Shown: positions 1 to 9,090 of the stretch, piece after piece
Numbering within the stretch: position 1 is the stretch's first letter
Layout: every line of letters begins with the position of its first letter
Virus record (IMG/VR): IMGVR_UViG_3300045988_163643
Coordinates: 133,825-197,824 of that record
From: a virus
Length of the DNA: 64,000 bases
Strand: one strand, 5' to 3'
Program-made: the position numbers and the translations under genes
Notes under the pieces: model-generated
What the model was told of the DNA's origin: nothing
What the model saw: the letters and a program-made list of their open reading frames with translations, nothing else
Database searches by the model: none

Positions 1-159
1 TTCAACGACTAGATAGGAATATCGTACACTCAAGCGAGTGGAAGTGGGTTGCCCTTAACAGGTAATGCTGAAGGTGAAGAAATAGTCTACTCTCATGTGA
101 AAGCATGAGCAGTTCATAAGAGAACGTACATAATGTAGCGAATTATGTAGAATATAAGG
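1..159 (+). mobile_element. group I intron, 3' portion (5' part lies upstream of the window)
   Basis: Shares core motifs with the other introns here: CAACGACTA at 3-11, GAAATAGTCTAC around 78-90, P9 hairpin CTCTCATGTGAAAGCATGAGCAG, and a terminal hairpin with GTAGCGA loop and tail AGAATATAAGG. Positions 39-115 are identical to 49052-49128. Confidence 0.8.
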
Positions 160-418
160 TTATACTGCAGAAGGTACTTTTAGAACTACTTCATTAGCTG
201 GAGACCAATACAAAAAAATAAAATTCTATAACTTAAAAGCACAAGTTTCAGCTGACTTAACTTTATCTGCTTCTGATGTTTCTGAATTCTCATTAAAATT
301 AGATATAATGGCAGATGATACTGGTAAAATATTAGATATAGAAAACACTGCTGGTGGTATATCTGCTGGATTTAATGAACCAGAAGTTGTTTCTATAAAA
401 ACTAAAGCTGATAAATAA
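160..418 (+). CDS. last exon of probable major tail (tube) protein (C-terminal ~85 aa)
   Basis: Open frame 161-415 plus TAA 416-418 (no ATG, so absent from the ORF track), reading YTAEGTFRTTSLAGDQYKKIKFYNLKAQ...VVSIKTKADK. It starts directly after the intron end. The function is inferred only from its position upstream of the chaperone-like ORFs and tape measure. Confidence 0.5.
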
Positions 419-439
419 TTAAATATATACTTGATAAAT

Positions 440-475
440 GGTGAGAGATAACTATTATCTCTTACCATTTTTTTT
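440..475 (+). terminator. rho-independent terminator
   Basis: Stem GGTGAGAGATA / TATCTCTTACC followed by a run of T (468-475). Confidence 0.75.
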
Positions 476-485
476 ATGCCCTAAT

Positions 486-521
486 AGTCTTATTTTAGAT
501 ATGTAAAATAAAAAGAAGGAG
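486..521 (+). promoter_or_regulatory. conserved late-gene leader or candidate promoter element
   Basis: AGTCTTATTTTAGATATGTAAAATAAAAAGAAGGAG lies directly before ATG 522. Near-identical elements occur at 19127-19162 and 37918-37958. Confidence 0.35.
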
Positions 522-1076
522 ATGATTTTTGTGGATAGATTAGCATTCACAAGCGATTTAATCGCAGACGATATAAGATGTAAATTAAAAGTTATAAGTA
601 AAGAGGATGGTGAACCTAGCTATATAACTGTATGGAATATAAAAGGAGAAAGAAGACAAGAAGTATTAAATGAATTAAATACTATTATGGAATTACATAA
701 TGAAGATGATGAAAAATTATTTAATATGTTTTATACTAACCTTATCTTAGAATTTACTGATTTAGTAATGGATACTGATGATGTATTATTTTTATTAAAT
801 GATAGCACATTAGCTGGAAAAATGTTAATGCAAGAATTTAGTGATATGATATATGAAATACAATATGAAATAGCTATGGATAACTTACAACAAACTAGAA
901 ATTTAGCTATGGCTTTAATAACTCAAACTGCAATAGATGAAATGAATTATGCACAAGAAAGAGTAGACCGTGCTAAAGATAAAAGAGATAAAAATATTTT
1001 TATAGATTTAGAAAAAGAAAAAAGAGAAAAACATCTTGCCTGTAAAAGAAAAGGAAATAAAAAATATAAAAAATAG
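522..1076 (+). CDS. hypothetical protein, possible tail assembly chaperone (positional)
   Basis: 184-aa ORF with a strong GGAG RBS and a lysine-rich C-terminus. It lies between the tail protein and tape measure genes. Confidence 0.45.
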   Translation: MIFVDRLAFTSDLIADDIRCKLKVISKEDGEPSYITVWNIKGERRQEVLNELNTIMELHNEDDEKLFNMFYTNLILEFTDLVMDTDDVLFLLNDSTLAGKMLMQEFSDMIYEIQYEIAMDNLQQTRNLAMALITQTAIDEMNYAQERVDRAKDKRDKNIFIDLEKEKREKHLACKRKGNKKYKK

Positions 1077-1079
1077 GAT

Positions 1080-1505
1080 GTGATTGAATTGGTTTTTGAT
1101 TCAATGGGACAACTAGAAGCATATGTATTAAGGGCAATGGATGATTGTGCTAAATTAAGTGCAGAAAAAATGTTAGATATAATGACAGAAGAATTAGAAA
1201 ATAGAGTTTATGATAATTATTTACCTAATATATATGTAAGAACAGGTGATTTGATGAATACACCTCAAATAATTTCTGCTAATTCAACTGGAATGCATAC
1301 AGAATTTGTAGATAATGGTGGTTGGTTTAGTTTAGTAGGTGCAACAAAAGGGCAACATTTCTTTGCATTAGAAGGATTAGAAGGTGGTCATTCTTGGGGA
1401 AGAGAAGCAACGAATGTTTACCCATTTGCTTACACTAGATGTCTTTCTGAGATACCAGATTATTATAGAAGTTGTTTAGTAGCATTTGGGATACCAATAG
1501 TTTAA
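1080..1505 (+). CDS. hypothetical virion-assembly protein (weak HK97 gp10-like / chaperone-like look)
   Basis: 141-aa ORF in the same frame as 522-1076, separated only by TAG GAT. Contains a Y.RTGDL motif. It has no convincing RBS of its own. Confidence 0.45.
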   Translation: MIELVFDSMGQLEAYVLRAMDDCAKLSAEKMLDIMTEELENRVYDNYLPNIYVRTGDLMNTPQIISANSTGMHTEFVDNGGWFSLVGATKGQHFFALEGLEGGHSWGREATNVYPFAYTRCLSEIPDYYRSCLVAFGIPIV

Positions 1506-1539
1506 TCAATCTATTAATAAGAAAGAGTGGTGGTAATTA

Positions 1540-2148
1540 GTGAACGAGATTGAAAAAATATATAAATTATATGTTCACATTTCCCCTAGTGGTAAAAGAT
1601 ATTATGGAATAACTTGTACTAAAGTTGAACAAAGATGGGGTTGTGATGGACAAAGATATAATAGACAACCATATTTTTGGAATGCTATACAAAAATATGG
1701 TTGGGATAATTTTGTTCATGAAGTTTTATTTGATGATTTAACAAAACATGAAGCTTGTATATTAGAACAATGTTATATTGCATTATATGATACTACTAAT
1801 AGAGAAAAGGGATATAACTGTTCTATAGGAGGAATAGAACATTCACATACTAAAGAAACAAAAGAAAAAATTAAAAAATCTATAAGTGGTGAAAATAATG
1901 GTATGTATGGTAAACATCATTCAGATGGAGCTAAAGAAAAAATGAGACAAAAAAAGAAAGATATATATTTAGGAAATAAAAATCCTAATGCTAAAAAAAT
2001 AAGATGTATTGAATTAAACAAAGTATTTGATACTGTTAAAGATGCTTTAGAATTTATTAATAGAACACGTAGTTCTCTATGTGATGCGATGAAACGTAAT
2101 GGTAAATGTGGTGGCTATCATTGGGAATACGTGGAGGAGGTGAATTAA
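1540..2148 (+). CDS. free-standing GIY-YIG homing endonuclease (I-TevI/Seg-like)
   Basis: N-terminal KLYVHISPSGKRYYGIT...R...E...N pattern, NUMOD3-like H..ETKEKI / HSDGAKEKM repeats, and a C-terminal GGYHWEY DNA-binding-type tail. Confidence 0.85.
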   Translation: MNEIEKIYKLYVHISPSGKRYYGITCTKVEQRWGCDGQRYNRQPYFWNAIQKYGWDNFVHEVLFDDLTKHEACILEQCYIALYDTTNREKGYNCSIGGIEHSHTKETKEKIKKSISGENNGMYGKHHSDGAKEKMRQKKKDIYLGNKNPNAKKIRCIELNKVFDTVKDALEFINRTRSSLCDAMKRNGKCGGYHWEYVEEVN

Positions 2149-2149
2149 T

Positions 2150-5100
2150 TTGAGTCAATTTGATATAAGAATTGGTACGCAACTAGATACTAGTAAAGCG
2201 TTACAAGAATTAATGGAATTTGTCAAAAAATATGACAATAAAGAAAAGATAAATATAGACATAGGTCAATCAAAAGGTGCTAATAATGTAAAGAATACAA
2301 CTAAAGCTATGAAAGAAATGCAAAAAATAGCTAAGGCATTAGGAAATACAAAGATTGACGTAGGTAGTAACATAGGTAAAGCAACCAATGAAGCTACTAA
2401 ATCATTAGAAAATAGCATAGACAAACAAGCAAAATCTATTGCTAAAATAACTAGTGGTGCACAAAGAGATTTAACTAAAGATGCTCAAAAGGGTATTGAA
2501 AATAGTCTTAAAGGTATTACTACAGAAATGAAAAATACCCAAAGAAATGTTGACAAGATGATTGGTACTCTTGAACGAGCTAAGAAGGTTGAGTTAATAG
2601 ACCAAAAAGGTTTAGATGAAGGATTAGCTAAATTAAAAGATATGAAAGCTAACCTTAGAATAGACAATGTTGGTGATGTAGAGAAAAAATTAGGCGAAGT
2701 AGCAAATGACTATAAAAGATTAATGTCAGATGCAACTAAAGAAGCATTTAATAATGTTGAAGTATCAGGATTATTAGAGGATTTAAAAGTTGTTAGAGAA
2801 GCTATGTCAGCTAAAAACATGGACTTAACTGGTGTTGATACTTTAATTTCTAAAGCTAAACAACTTACTTCTTTAAGTGTTGACCAAATGTTAAAACAAT
2901 ACAAAGAGTTAAGACAAGTATTTAGTAAAGAATTAAAGATACCATTAGGTTTAAATGGTGTAATGAATGCTGAAACTGCAATTAAAAATGTTTTAGATTA
3001 TAAAAACAAATTAACTGCTAAAATTTCAGTTGAAACAAATTCAGAGCAAGTAGATATTTTAAGAGATAAAATAGTAAGATGTGATGAAGTTGTTAAACAA
3101 CTTGAAGGAGACTTAAATTTAGTAGGTAGAAGTACAGCATTAAACTTAATGGAACAATCCAATGAAAGAGAATTAGATACATTAAGTGCTAAGTTAAAGA
3201 GATGTAAGAATGATTATGCTAACTTAGAAAAAGAAAGACAAAGATTAAATAGAGATAGTAGATACATTGGAACAGAAGATTTAAGTAATATAGAAAAACA
3301 ATCATTAGCTATAAAGAAAGCTCTTGATAGTTTAAATGTTGGAAATTTAAATACAGATAAAATAAATAAAGTTACTGGCGATATAAATAATTTAAGAAAA
3401 ACAATAGAATTAACTGGTAATTCAGCTAAAAAATTAGATATAGAAGCGACAGTTAAAGTAGATATGAAAACTGCTCAAGACCAATTAAATGGTATGTATT
3501 CTGCTTTAATAAAATCTAATAAATCCACTGTAATGGTTAAAAAATATAAAGATGAATTAGAAGGATTGTTTGATTTATCTAAGGCTAATCCAGGTATAGC
3601 ATTAGACAAAATAAGTGGTTTTATAGAAAAAGTAAATAAAGAAGCAAGTAATAAAGGTTTAGGCAAAATAACTGGTGGATTAGACCAATATAAACAATAT
3701 TTAAAAGATTATGAAACATTAGTTAAAAAAGCTAGTGGCACTACAGATATTGGTTTTGCAAAAGCTTACAAATCAGAAGTTACACAAATAGAAAAGGCAT
3801 TAGACCAATTAGAAAGTGGATTTAACCAAACTCAAAAATCTATGGCTAAAGCCTTGAGATTAGAATCACTTAATAAGAACACTCAAGAGTTTACTAATCA
3901 AGTTGAAAAATCTATTAAGAAAACTCAAGAATATAAAAAAGAGTTACAAACTCTTAATAAAGATGTAAATTTTGATGGTCTTACTTCTAAATTAGGTCAA
4001 AAAGTCAAAGAAGAATTTGACGGAATGATTAATAAAACTAATCAATTAGAAAAAAGACTTAATAATATGTTGTCATCTGGTAATGTAAATACTACTGAAT
4101 TATCTAAATTAAAATCAGAACTTGAAAGTACTTTTTCTGGACTTTCTAAACTTAAAGATACTAGTATAAAAATTAAAACTGATGAAACTATATCAGGACT
4201 TAATAAAATCAAAAAAGATTTAGAATCATTAGGTCAAGATACTAGTCAAATAGAAAGAGTTATTAATGCATTAAAAGAACTTAAAGCTAATTTCAATGGT
4301 GGTACAGCAGGTTATAAAGAATTAGCTAATGGAATAAAGGCTATTGGAAAAGATAATAACTTAGAAAAACTAAATAGTTCTTTAGAAAAATCAACTAAAA
4401 AATTTAATAACTTAGCTAAAGTTGTCGGAGAACTAAAAGTTAAAAATATAGGTAATATAGACCAAGGTGCTTTTCAATCTTTAGATAGTCAAGTTGCACG
4501 AATACAATCTCATATAGAAGGTTTAAATAAAAACGACATATCTTTAATAGATGTTAAAAAAGTTGAAGCAGAAGTAAATGAATTAAGCAACTGTGTAGAA
4601 AAAATGAGTAGTGAATTGACTCAGTATAGCAGATACTTAGAAGAATATAAAAGATTATCTAGTCAAGCAGGTAAAACAAACGATGTTAATTTAGCTACAA
4701 AATATCAACAAGAAGCAGAAGGTATAAAAGGTGTATTAACTCAATTAGAGAGTGAATTTACACAAGCTCAAAAATCTATTGCTCAAGGATTAAAAACCGA
4801 TGCTTTCTCTAATGCTAATGAAAAAATGTCTTCTGAAATTAATAAAACAATTAATACAGTTGATGGTCTTAAAGAAAAACTTAATACATTAGATAAAGAT
4901 GTACATTTTGAAAATATGACATCTGAATTAGGTAAAGAATTAAATAGTCAATTTAATACTTTAGCTAACAAAGGTGAAGAATTAAAAGATAAATTAAGTA
5001 AAATATTAGCATCTGATAATGTAGATATTTCTGCTTTAAGTAAAATTAAAAAAGAAATAAATGAGTTTGCAAGTGAAGTTAATAATTTAAAAAATTCTGC

Positions 5101-7265
5101 AATGGATAATGTTATTAGAGAATCTTTTGATAACATTAAAATACCTAATTTAAATAAACAACTAGAAGCAGTTAAAGATTTAATGTCACTTAAAAATATG
5201 GATACTAGTGGTATAGATGCCTTAATAGAAAGAACTAAAAAACTATCAAGCTTAAGCGTAGATAAAATAGGTCAAGAATTTAAGGAAATACAAAATGCAC
5301 TTGGTAAAGAAATTAATTTACGTTTAGGTACTAGTGGTATTAAAGATATAGAATCTGCATTAAAAGTCATATTACAATATAGAAATGAATTAAAAAATAA
5401 AATAGCAATTGAAACAGATTCATCAAAAGTAAAAGACCTTAATAGTCAATTAGAAAAAACTGAAAGCATAATAGAAAAACTTAAAGGTCAAACTAGTGGT
5501 GGACTTGGTGCAAGTTTAATTAGTGATGCCAACAATAATAACTTAAAACAATTAGAAGATACTGCTAATGGATTAAAGAAAACATTCTCTAATTTGGAAA
5601 GTGAAGTAAATAAATTAAACAACGAAGCATTGAATAAGGTTGATATAAGTCAATTAAGAGAAATGAATGAAGTTGTTAATGATGTAAAGAGAAATTTGGC
5701 ATCTATCGGAGAAGGAAATGTTAATGTTGATTCAATAAATAAAACAGCACAAGACATAGAAAAATTAAAGAGATTAATAGAAAATACTAAAAAAACAATT
5801 AGTGATATGAAATTAGAAGTTTCATTTAATATTAAATCAAATGAAGCAGAACAATATTTAGCAGGTTTTGAATCAGCTTTATTGAGGTTAGGTAAATCAA
5901 CTAGTGGAATAAATGCTTTAAAGAGTGAATTTGAAAGTATAAAAAATTCAGCTAATGGAAATTTAAGTAGTGCCATAAAAATGATTGATGACTTTATTAA
6001 TAAATTGAAACAAATGGGTAGCAAACAAGGTTTAGGTAATATAAGTGGTACTATGTCTCAGTACAAACAATATACTAGAGAATTACAACAAGCCATGAGT
6101 GGGGCGTTAAAATCTAGTGGTTCTGATACGGCTAAAGGATTCGAACAACAAGCCGAACGAATAAAAAGTGCCATAAAACGTTTAGTTTCAAGTTTCAAAG
6201 AATCACAAAGAGAATCAGCTAATGCTTTTAATGGTAGTACATTTAGTAATTTCTCTTCTAAATATGAAGCTGAAATAAACAAAGTTGAAAGAAGTATAAA
6301 TAAATTTAAATCATCAATGCAAAACTTAGATAAAGCTGTAAACTTCAAAGGTTTTCAAACTGATTTAGGAAGAGGTTTATCTGAACAATTTGACCAAATA
6401 ATGGCAAAAGCTGAACAATTAAGAGATAGACTAAAAAGTGCATTATCATCTGGTACTTTTGATATAAGTGAAATAAATAAAATAAAAGATGAATTAAAAC
6501 AAGTTGAGCAAGAGGCAGATTCATTAAAACAAAAATCTATAGTATTAAAATGTGCTGAAAGTATAACAGAATTAGAAAGACTTAGCAGTAAGATAAAAGA
6601 TATAGGTGGAGACACATCAAAAATAGAAGAATTAAAAAATAAATTTGTTACACTTGGTACAGGTATAAGAGAAGGTACTACTGGAATAGATGATGCAATT
6701 TCTAAAATGAAATCTTTATCTTCGGAAGCACAAAGAACTGCTAGTTCTTTTGAATCAACTGCTGGTAAAATAGGTTCTTTTGGTTCTAAAATACAAGGTT
6801 TCTTTAGTTCTATAAAGAATTCATTTAGTACTTTTACTATTGGTAATTTAATGGCTGATGGTATAAGCCGAGCTGTTTATGAAATAAAAGATACTATAAC
6901 AGGTTTAGATGAAGCAATGTCTGATTTTAAAAGAGTTGCTCCTGATAACTTTAGTTTAAATACATCTAATTTACAAAGTGTTGCTAACGAAGCAAGAGAA
7001 ATAGGTATTAGTGTTGGACAATCAGTAGAAGATGTTATTACTGGAATGAGTACTGCATTACAAGCAGGTGCAGGCGATATTAAAACTGCTTCTGAAATAG
7101 CAAAAAGTTCTGCAATATTCCAAAATGTTACAGATATGTCAGCAAAAAGTGCTTCAAAAGCTGTTTCTTCAATGATAAATCAATATTATGATATGGATTC
7201 AGCATTAAATCAAGTTGACCACGGTGTAGGTAAATCCGTAAAAGGATACAACAACTTAACAGAGG
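2150..7265 (+). CDS. tail tape measure protein, exon 1 of 5
   Basis: TTG start behind GGAGGTG. About 1,705 codons of coiled-coil-type sequence run into the TMP core (FKRVAPDNF...GISVGQSVEDVITGMSTALQAG). The ORF-track tail VTYSLLY* is intron read-through. Junction +/-2 nt. Confidence 0.85.
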
Positions 7266-7479
7266 TAACATACAGCCTCCTATATTAAGTAATTAGTATA
7301 GAAAATTTCTTTAATTGCTGGAAACTCCTAAAGCCTTACAAACTACAACGTAGAGTTAAAACTCAAGCGTGAATGTGGCGAAAGCAGAAAAAATTGTAAG
7401 GATTACCCAAGGTTAAATCCTAAAGGTGAATGAATGGACAATCAGCAGGTAAGATTCTAAATTAAATTATTTTAAATAT

Positions 7480-7508
7480 TTGACTTTTAATAATAAAATG
7501 AGTATAAT
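7480..7508 (+). promoter_or_regulatory. sigma-70-type promoter inside the intron, driving the endonuclease gene
   Basis: TTGACT (7480-7485), 17-nt spacer, TATAAT (7503-7508), then GAGGTG RBS and ATG 7532. Confidence 0.7.
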
Positions 7509-7531
7509 ATAAGTAAAGTGAGGTGATTAAA

Positions 7532-8428
7532 ATGGGAAGAAAATGGGATTATGAAAAAGTTAAAGAATATATAGAAAATTTTAAATATAAATTATTAAGT
7601 GAGGAATACAAAAATAATAAAATTAAATTATTAATTAAATGTGATAAAGGACATGTATTTAAATGTTCATTTCATAATTTTAAAGATAGAGACTCTAGAT
7701 GTCCGTATTGTAATGGTAAAAAAATAACATATGATATGGTCAAGTTTTACATTGAATCTTACAATTATAAATTATTAAATGAAGATTATGTTGATAATTC
7801 TACTAAATTGTTAATAGAATGCGATAAAGGGCATACGTTTAAAATGCGATGGAATAATTTTCAACAAGGGCAAAGATGTCCTATATGTGATAAAAGTCAT
7901 AAAAAGAATTATAAAGATGTAAAAATAGAATTAGAAAAAGAAGGTTATGAATTAATATCGAGCAAATATAAGAATAGTAAAGAAAAATTATTAATCATGT
8001 GTCCTAATGGTCATACATATGAAACAAGTTGGAATAATTTTCAAAGAGGAAGAAGATGTCCAATGTGTAATATAACAAAAGGAGAAAAAAAGATAAAAGA
8101 AATATTAGATAATAATAAAATAGAATATATGTATAATAAAAAATACTTTAAAGATTTAAAAGGAATAAATGGAGGATTATTAAGACCAGACTTTGTAATA
8201 CCATCATTAAGAATATGGATTGAATATGATGGTATACAACATTTTGAACCTAAAGATTTTGCTGGTAAAGGTGAAGAATGGGCTAAAAAAGAATTCGTTT
8301 TAAGAAAAATGAAAGATAAAATAAAAGATGAGTATGCTAAAGAACATGATTGGAAATTAATAAGAATACCTTATTGGGAATATGATAATATAGAAAACAT
8401 ATTAATAAAAGAATTAAATTTAAAATAA
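7532..8428 (+). CDS. intron-encoded homing endonuclease: 3 tandem Zn-ribbon modules plus Vsr/DUF559-like PD-(D/E)XK nuclease
   Basis: Three ~58-aa repeats (YKLL..EYKN...L.I.C..GH......NF..G.RCP.C) followed by GEKKIKEIL...LRPDFVIP...IEYDGIQH...IRIPYWEY. ATG 7532 is preferred over the track start at 7523 because of RBS spacing. Confidence 0.75.
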   Translation: MGRKWDYEKVKEYIENFKYKLLSEEYKNNKIKLLIKCDKGHVFKCSFHNFKDRDSRCPYCNGKKITYDMVKFYIESYNYKLLNEDYVDNSTKLLIECDKGHTFKMRWNNFQQGQRCPICDKSHKKNYKDVKIELEKEGYELISSKYKNSKEKLLIMCPNGHTYETSWNNFQRGRRCPMCNITKGEKKIKEILDNNKIEYMYNKKYFKDLKGINGGLLRPDFVIPSLRIWIEYDGIQHFEPKDFAGKGEEWAKKEFVLRKMKDKIKDEYAKEHDWKLIRIPYWEYDNIENILIKELNLK

Positions 8429-8607
8429 TTTAACAAGAATAAACTTCAACGACTAGAACGCAAGTTCGTAGGGTGTAAGCGATTGACACTCGAAATGGGA
8501 AACAATCAAAAACGGGTTGATGATATAGTCTGCTCTCATGGGAAACCATGAGCAGTTTTCATATAAAGAAAACGGATTAAGTGTAGCGAACTTAATTGAA
8601 CAAGAGG

Positions 8608-8754
8608 CAATGGACTTGGTCAATTATGCAGGCAATAATTTTGCGATTTCATCTGATGGTGTAACAGAAGCATTACAACGTGGTGGTTCTGTATTATCTA
8701 ACTATGGAGTAGATTTAAAAGATTCTATCGCAATGATAACTGGGGCAAATGAGT
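8608..8754 (+). CDS. tail tape measure protein, exon 2 of 5
   Basis: AMDLVNYAGNNFAISSDGVTEALQRGGSVLSNYGVDLKDSIAMITGANE is the hallmark TP901-type TMP core. The ORF-track N-terminus MGNHEQ...IEQE (8538-8607) is intron sequence. Confidence 0.8.
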
Positions 8755-9090
8755 TAAATATGGCTCTTTTATATAGTAATATATAATTAAATTTTCTTGA
8801 ATTGACAGGGACTCCCTTAGAGCTTTACACACTAACTTATGATAGAAATATACATAAGGGCATTGCTAACCACAATGATATAGTAAAAGAGGTAAAGATT
8901 GGGAAATCTGCATCTAAGATTCTAAGTTGTGTAAACAATATGAATAAAGTTCAACGACTAAGTATCCTAGTAGTCTAGGTAGTGGGAAACCTCCTATTGA
9001 AGGAGGAAGATATAGTCTCAACGTTTAGTGAAAGCTAAAGAAGTTCATAAGAGAACTGCGTAAGAATAACGAACTTATGTGAAGATATTG
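8755..9090 (+). mobile_element. group I intron (336 nt, no ORF)
   Basis: P1 GAGT/GCTC with U.G at 8754, TTGAATTGACAGGGACTCCCTTAGAGC core, CAACGACTA ... GATATAGTC, and terminal hairpin plus TGAAGATATTG. The U(-1)/terminal-G junction joins the exons in frame (GANE-S-LQDPARIG). Confidence 0.85.

Larger units (their letters stand above)
7266..8607 (+). mobile_element. group I intron (1,342 nt) carrying a homing endonuclease gene
   Basis: P1 GAGGT/GCCTC, P2 hairpin TTAAGTAATTAG, TTAATTGCTGGAAACTCCTAAAG core, AATCAGCAGG (P3'), CAACGACTA ... GATATAGTC (P7), P9 hairpin, and GTAGCGA-loop hairpin plus TGAACAAGAGG tail. The flanking exons restore the TMP core. Confidence 0.85.

Noticed and set aside
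226-468. 80-aa minus-strand ORF from the track
   Set aside because: It is antisense to the open, ATG-less + strand frame 161-418, which continues from the intron 3' end and stops just before a terminator. The + strand reading is far more coherent.
1074-1076. TAG reassignment (genetic-code recoding) as an explanation for the in-frame TAG
   Set aside because: TAG clearly terminates many well-delimited genes here (stops at 21647-21649, 36056-36058, 37910-37912, 40029-40031, 52456-52458, 56569-56571, 60509-60511 and 62837-62839), each followed by an RBS and the next start.
7266-7288. C-terminal tails of ORFs 2150..7288 (VTYSLLY), 9207..16586 (VN), 40740..42125, 44375..47179 (LIIAQIKPF...IDKL) and 48298..48768 (KQYSSYIEKSV)
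   Set aside because: These are read-through into intron sequence (the P1/P2 region) that ends at the first in-frame stop. They are not real protein ends.
7266-8607. Alternative identities for the interrupting elements: group II introns, inteins, IS elements or MITEs
   Set aside because: There are no reverse-transcriptase ORFs or domain V/VI motifs, and sizes of 314-365 nt are too small for group II. The elements contain stops in all frames, so they are not inteins. There are no terminal inverted repeats or transposase genes. The shared core matches group I (td-like) architecture.
8538-8786. 82-aa ORF as an independent gene (also 18827..19093, 43465..44361, 48298..48768 and 49330..52458)
   Set aside because: Their starts are internal Met/Leu codons or intron sequence. 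The frames stay open upstream to the intron 3' ends, and the sequences complete motifs begun in the preceding exon.
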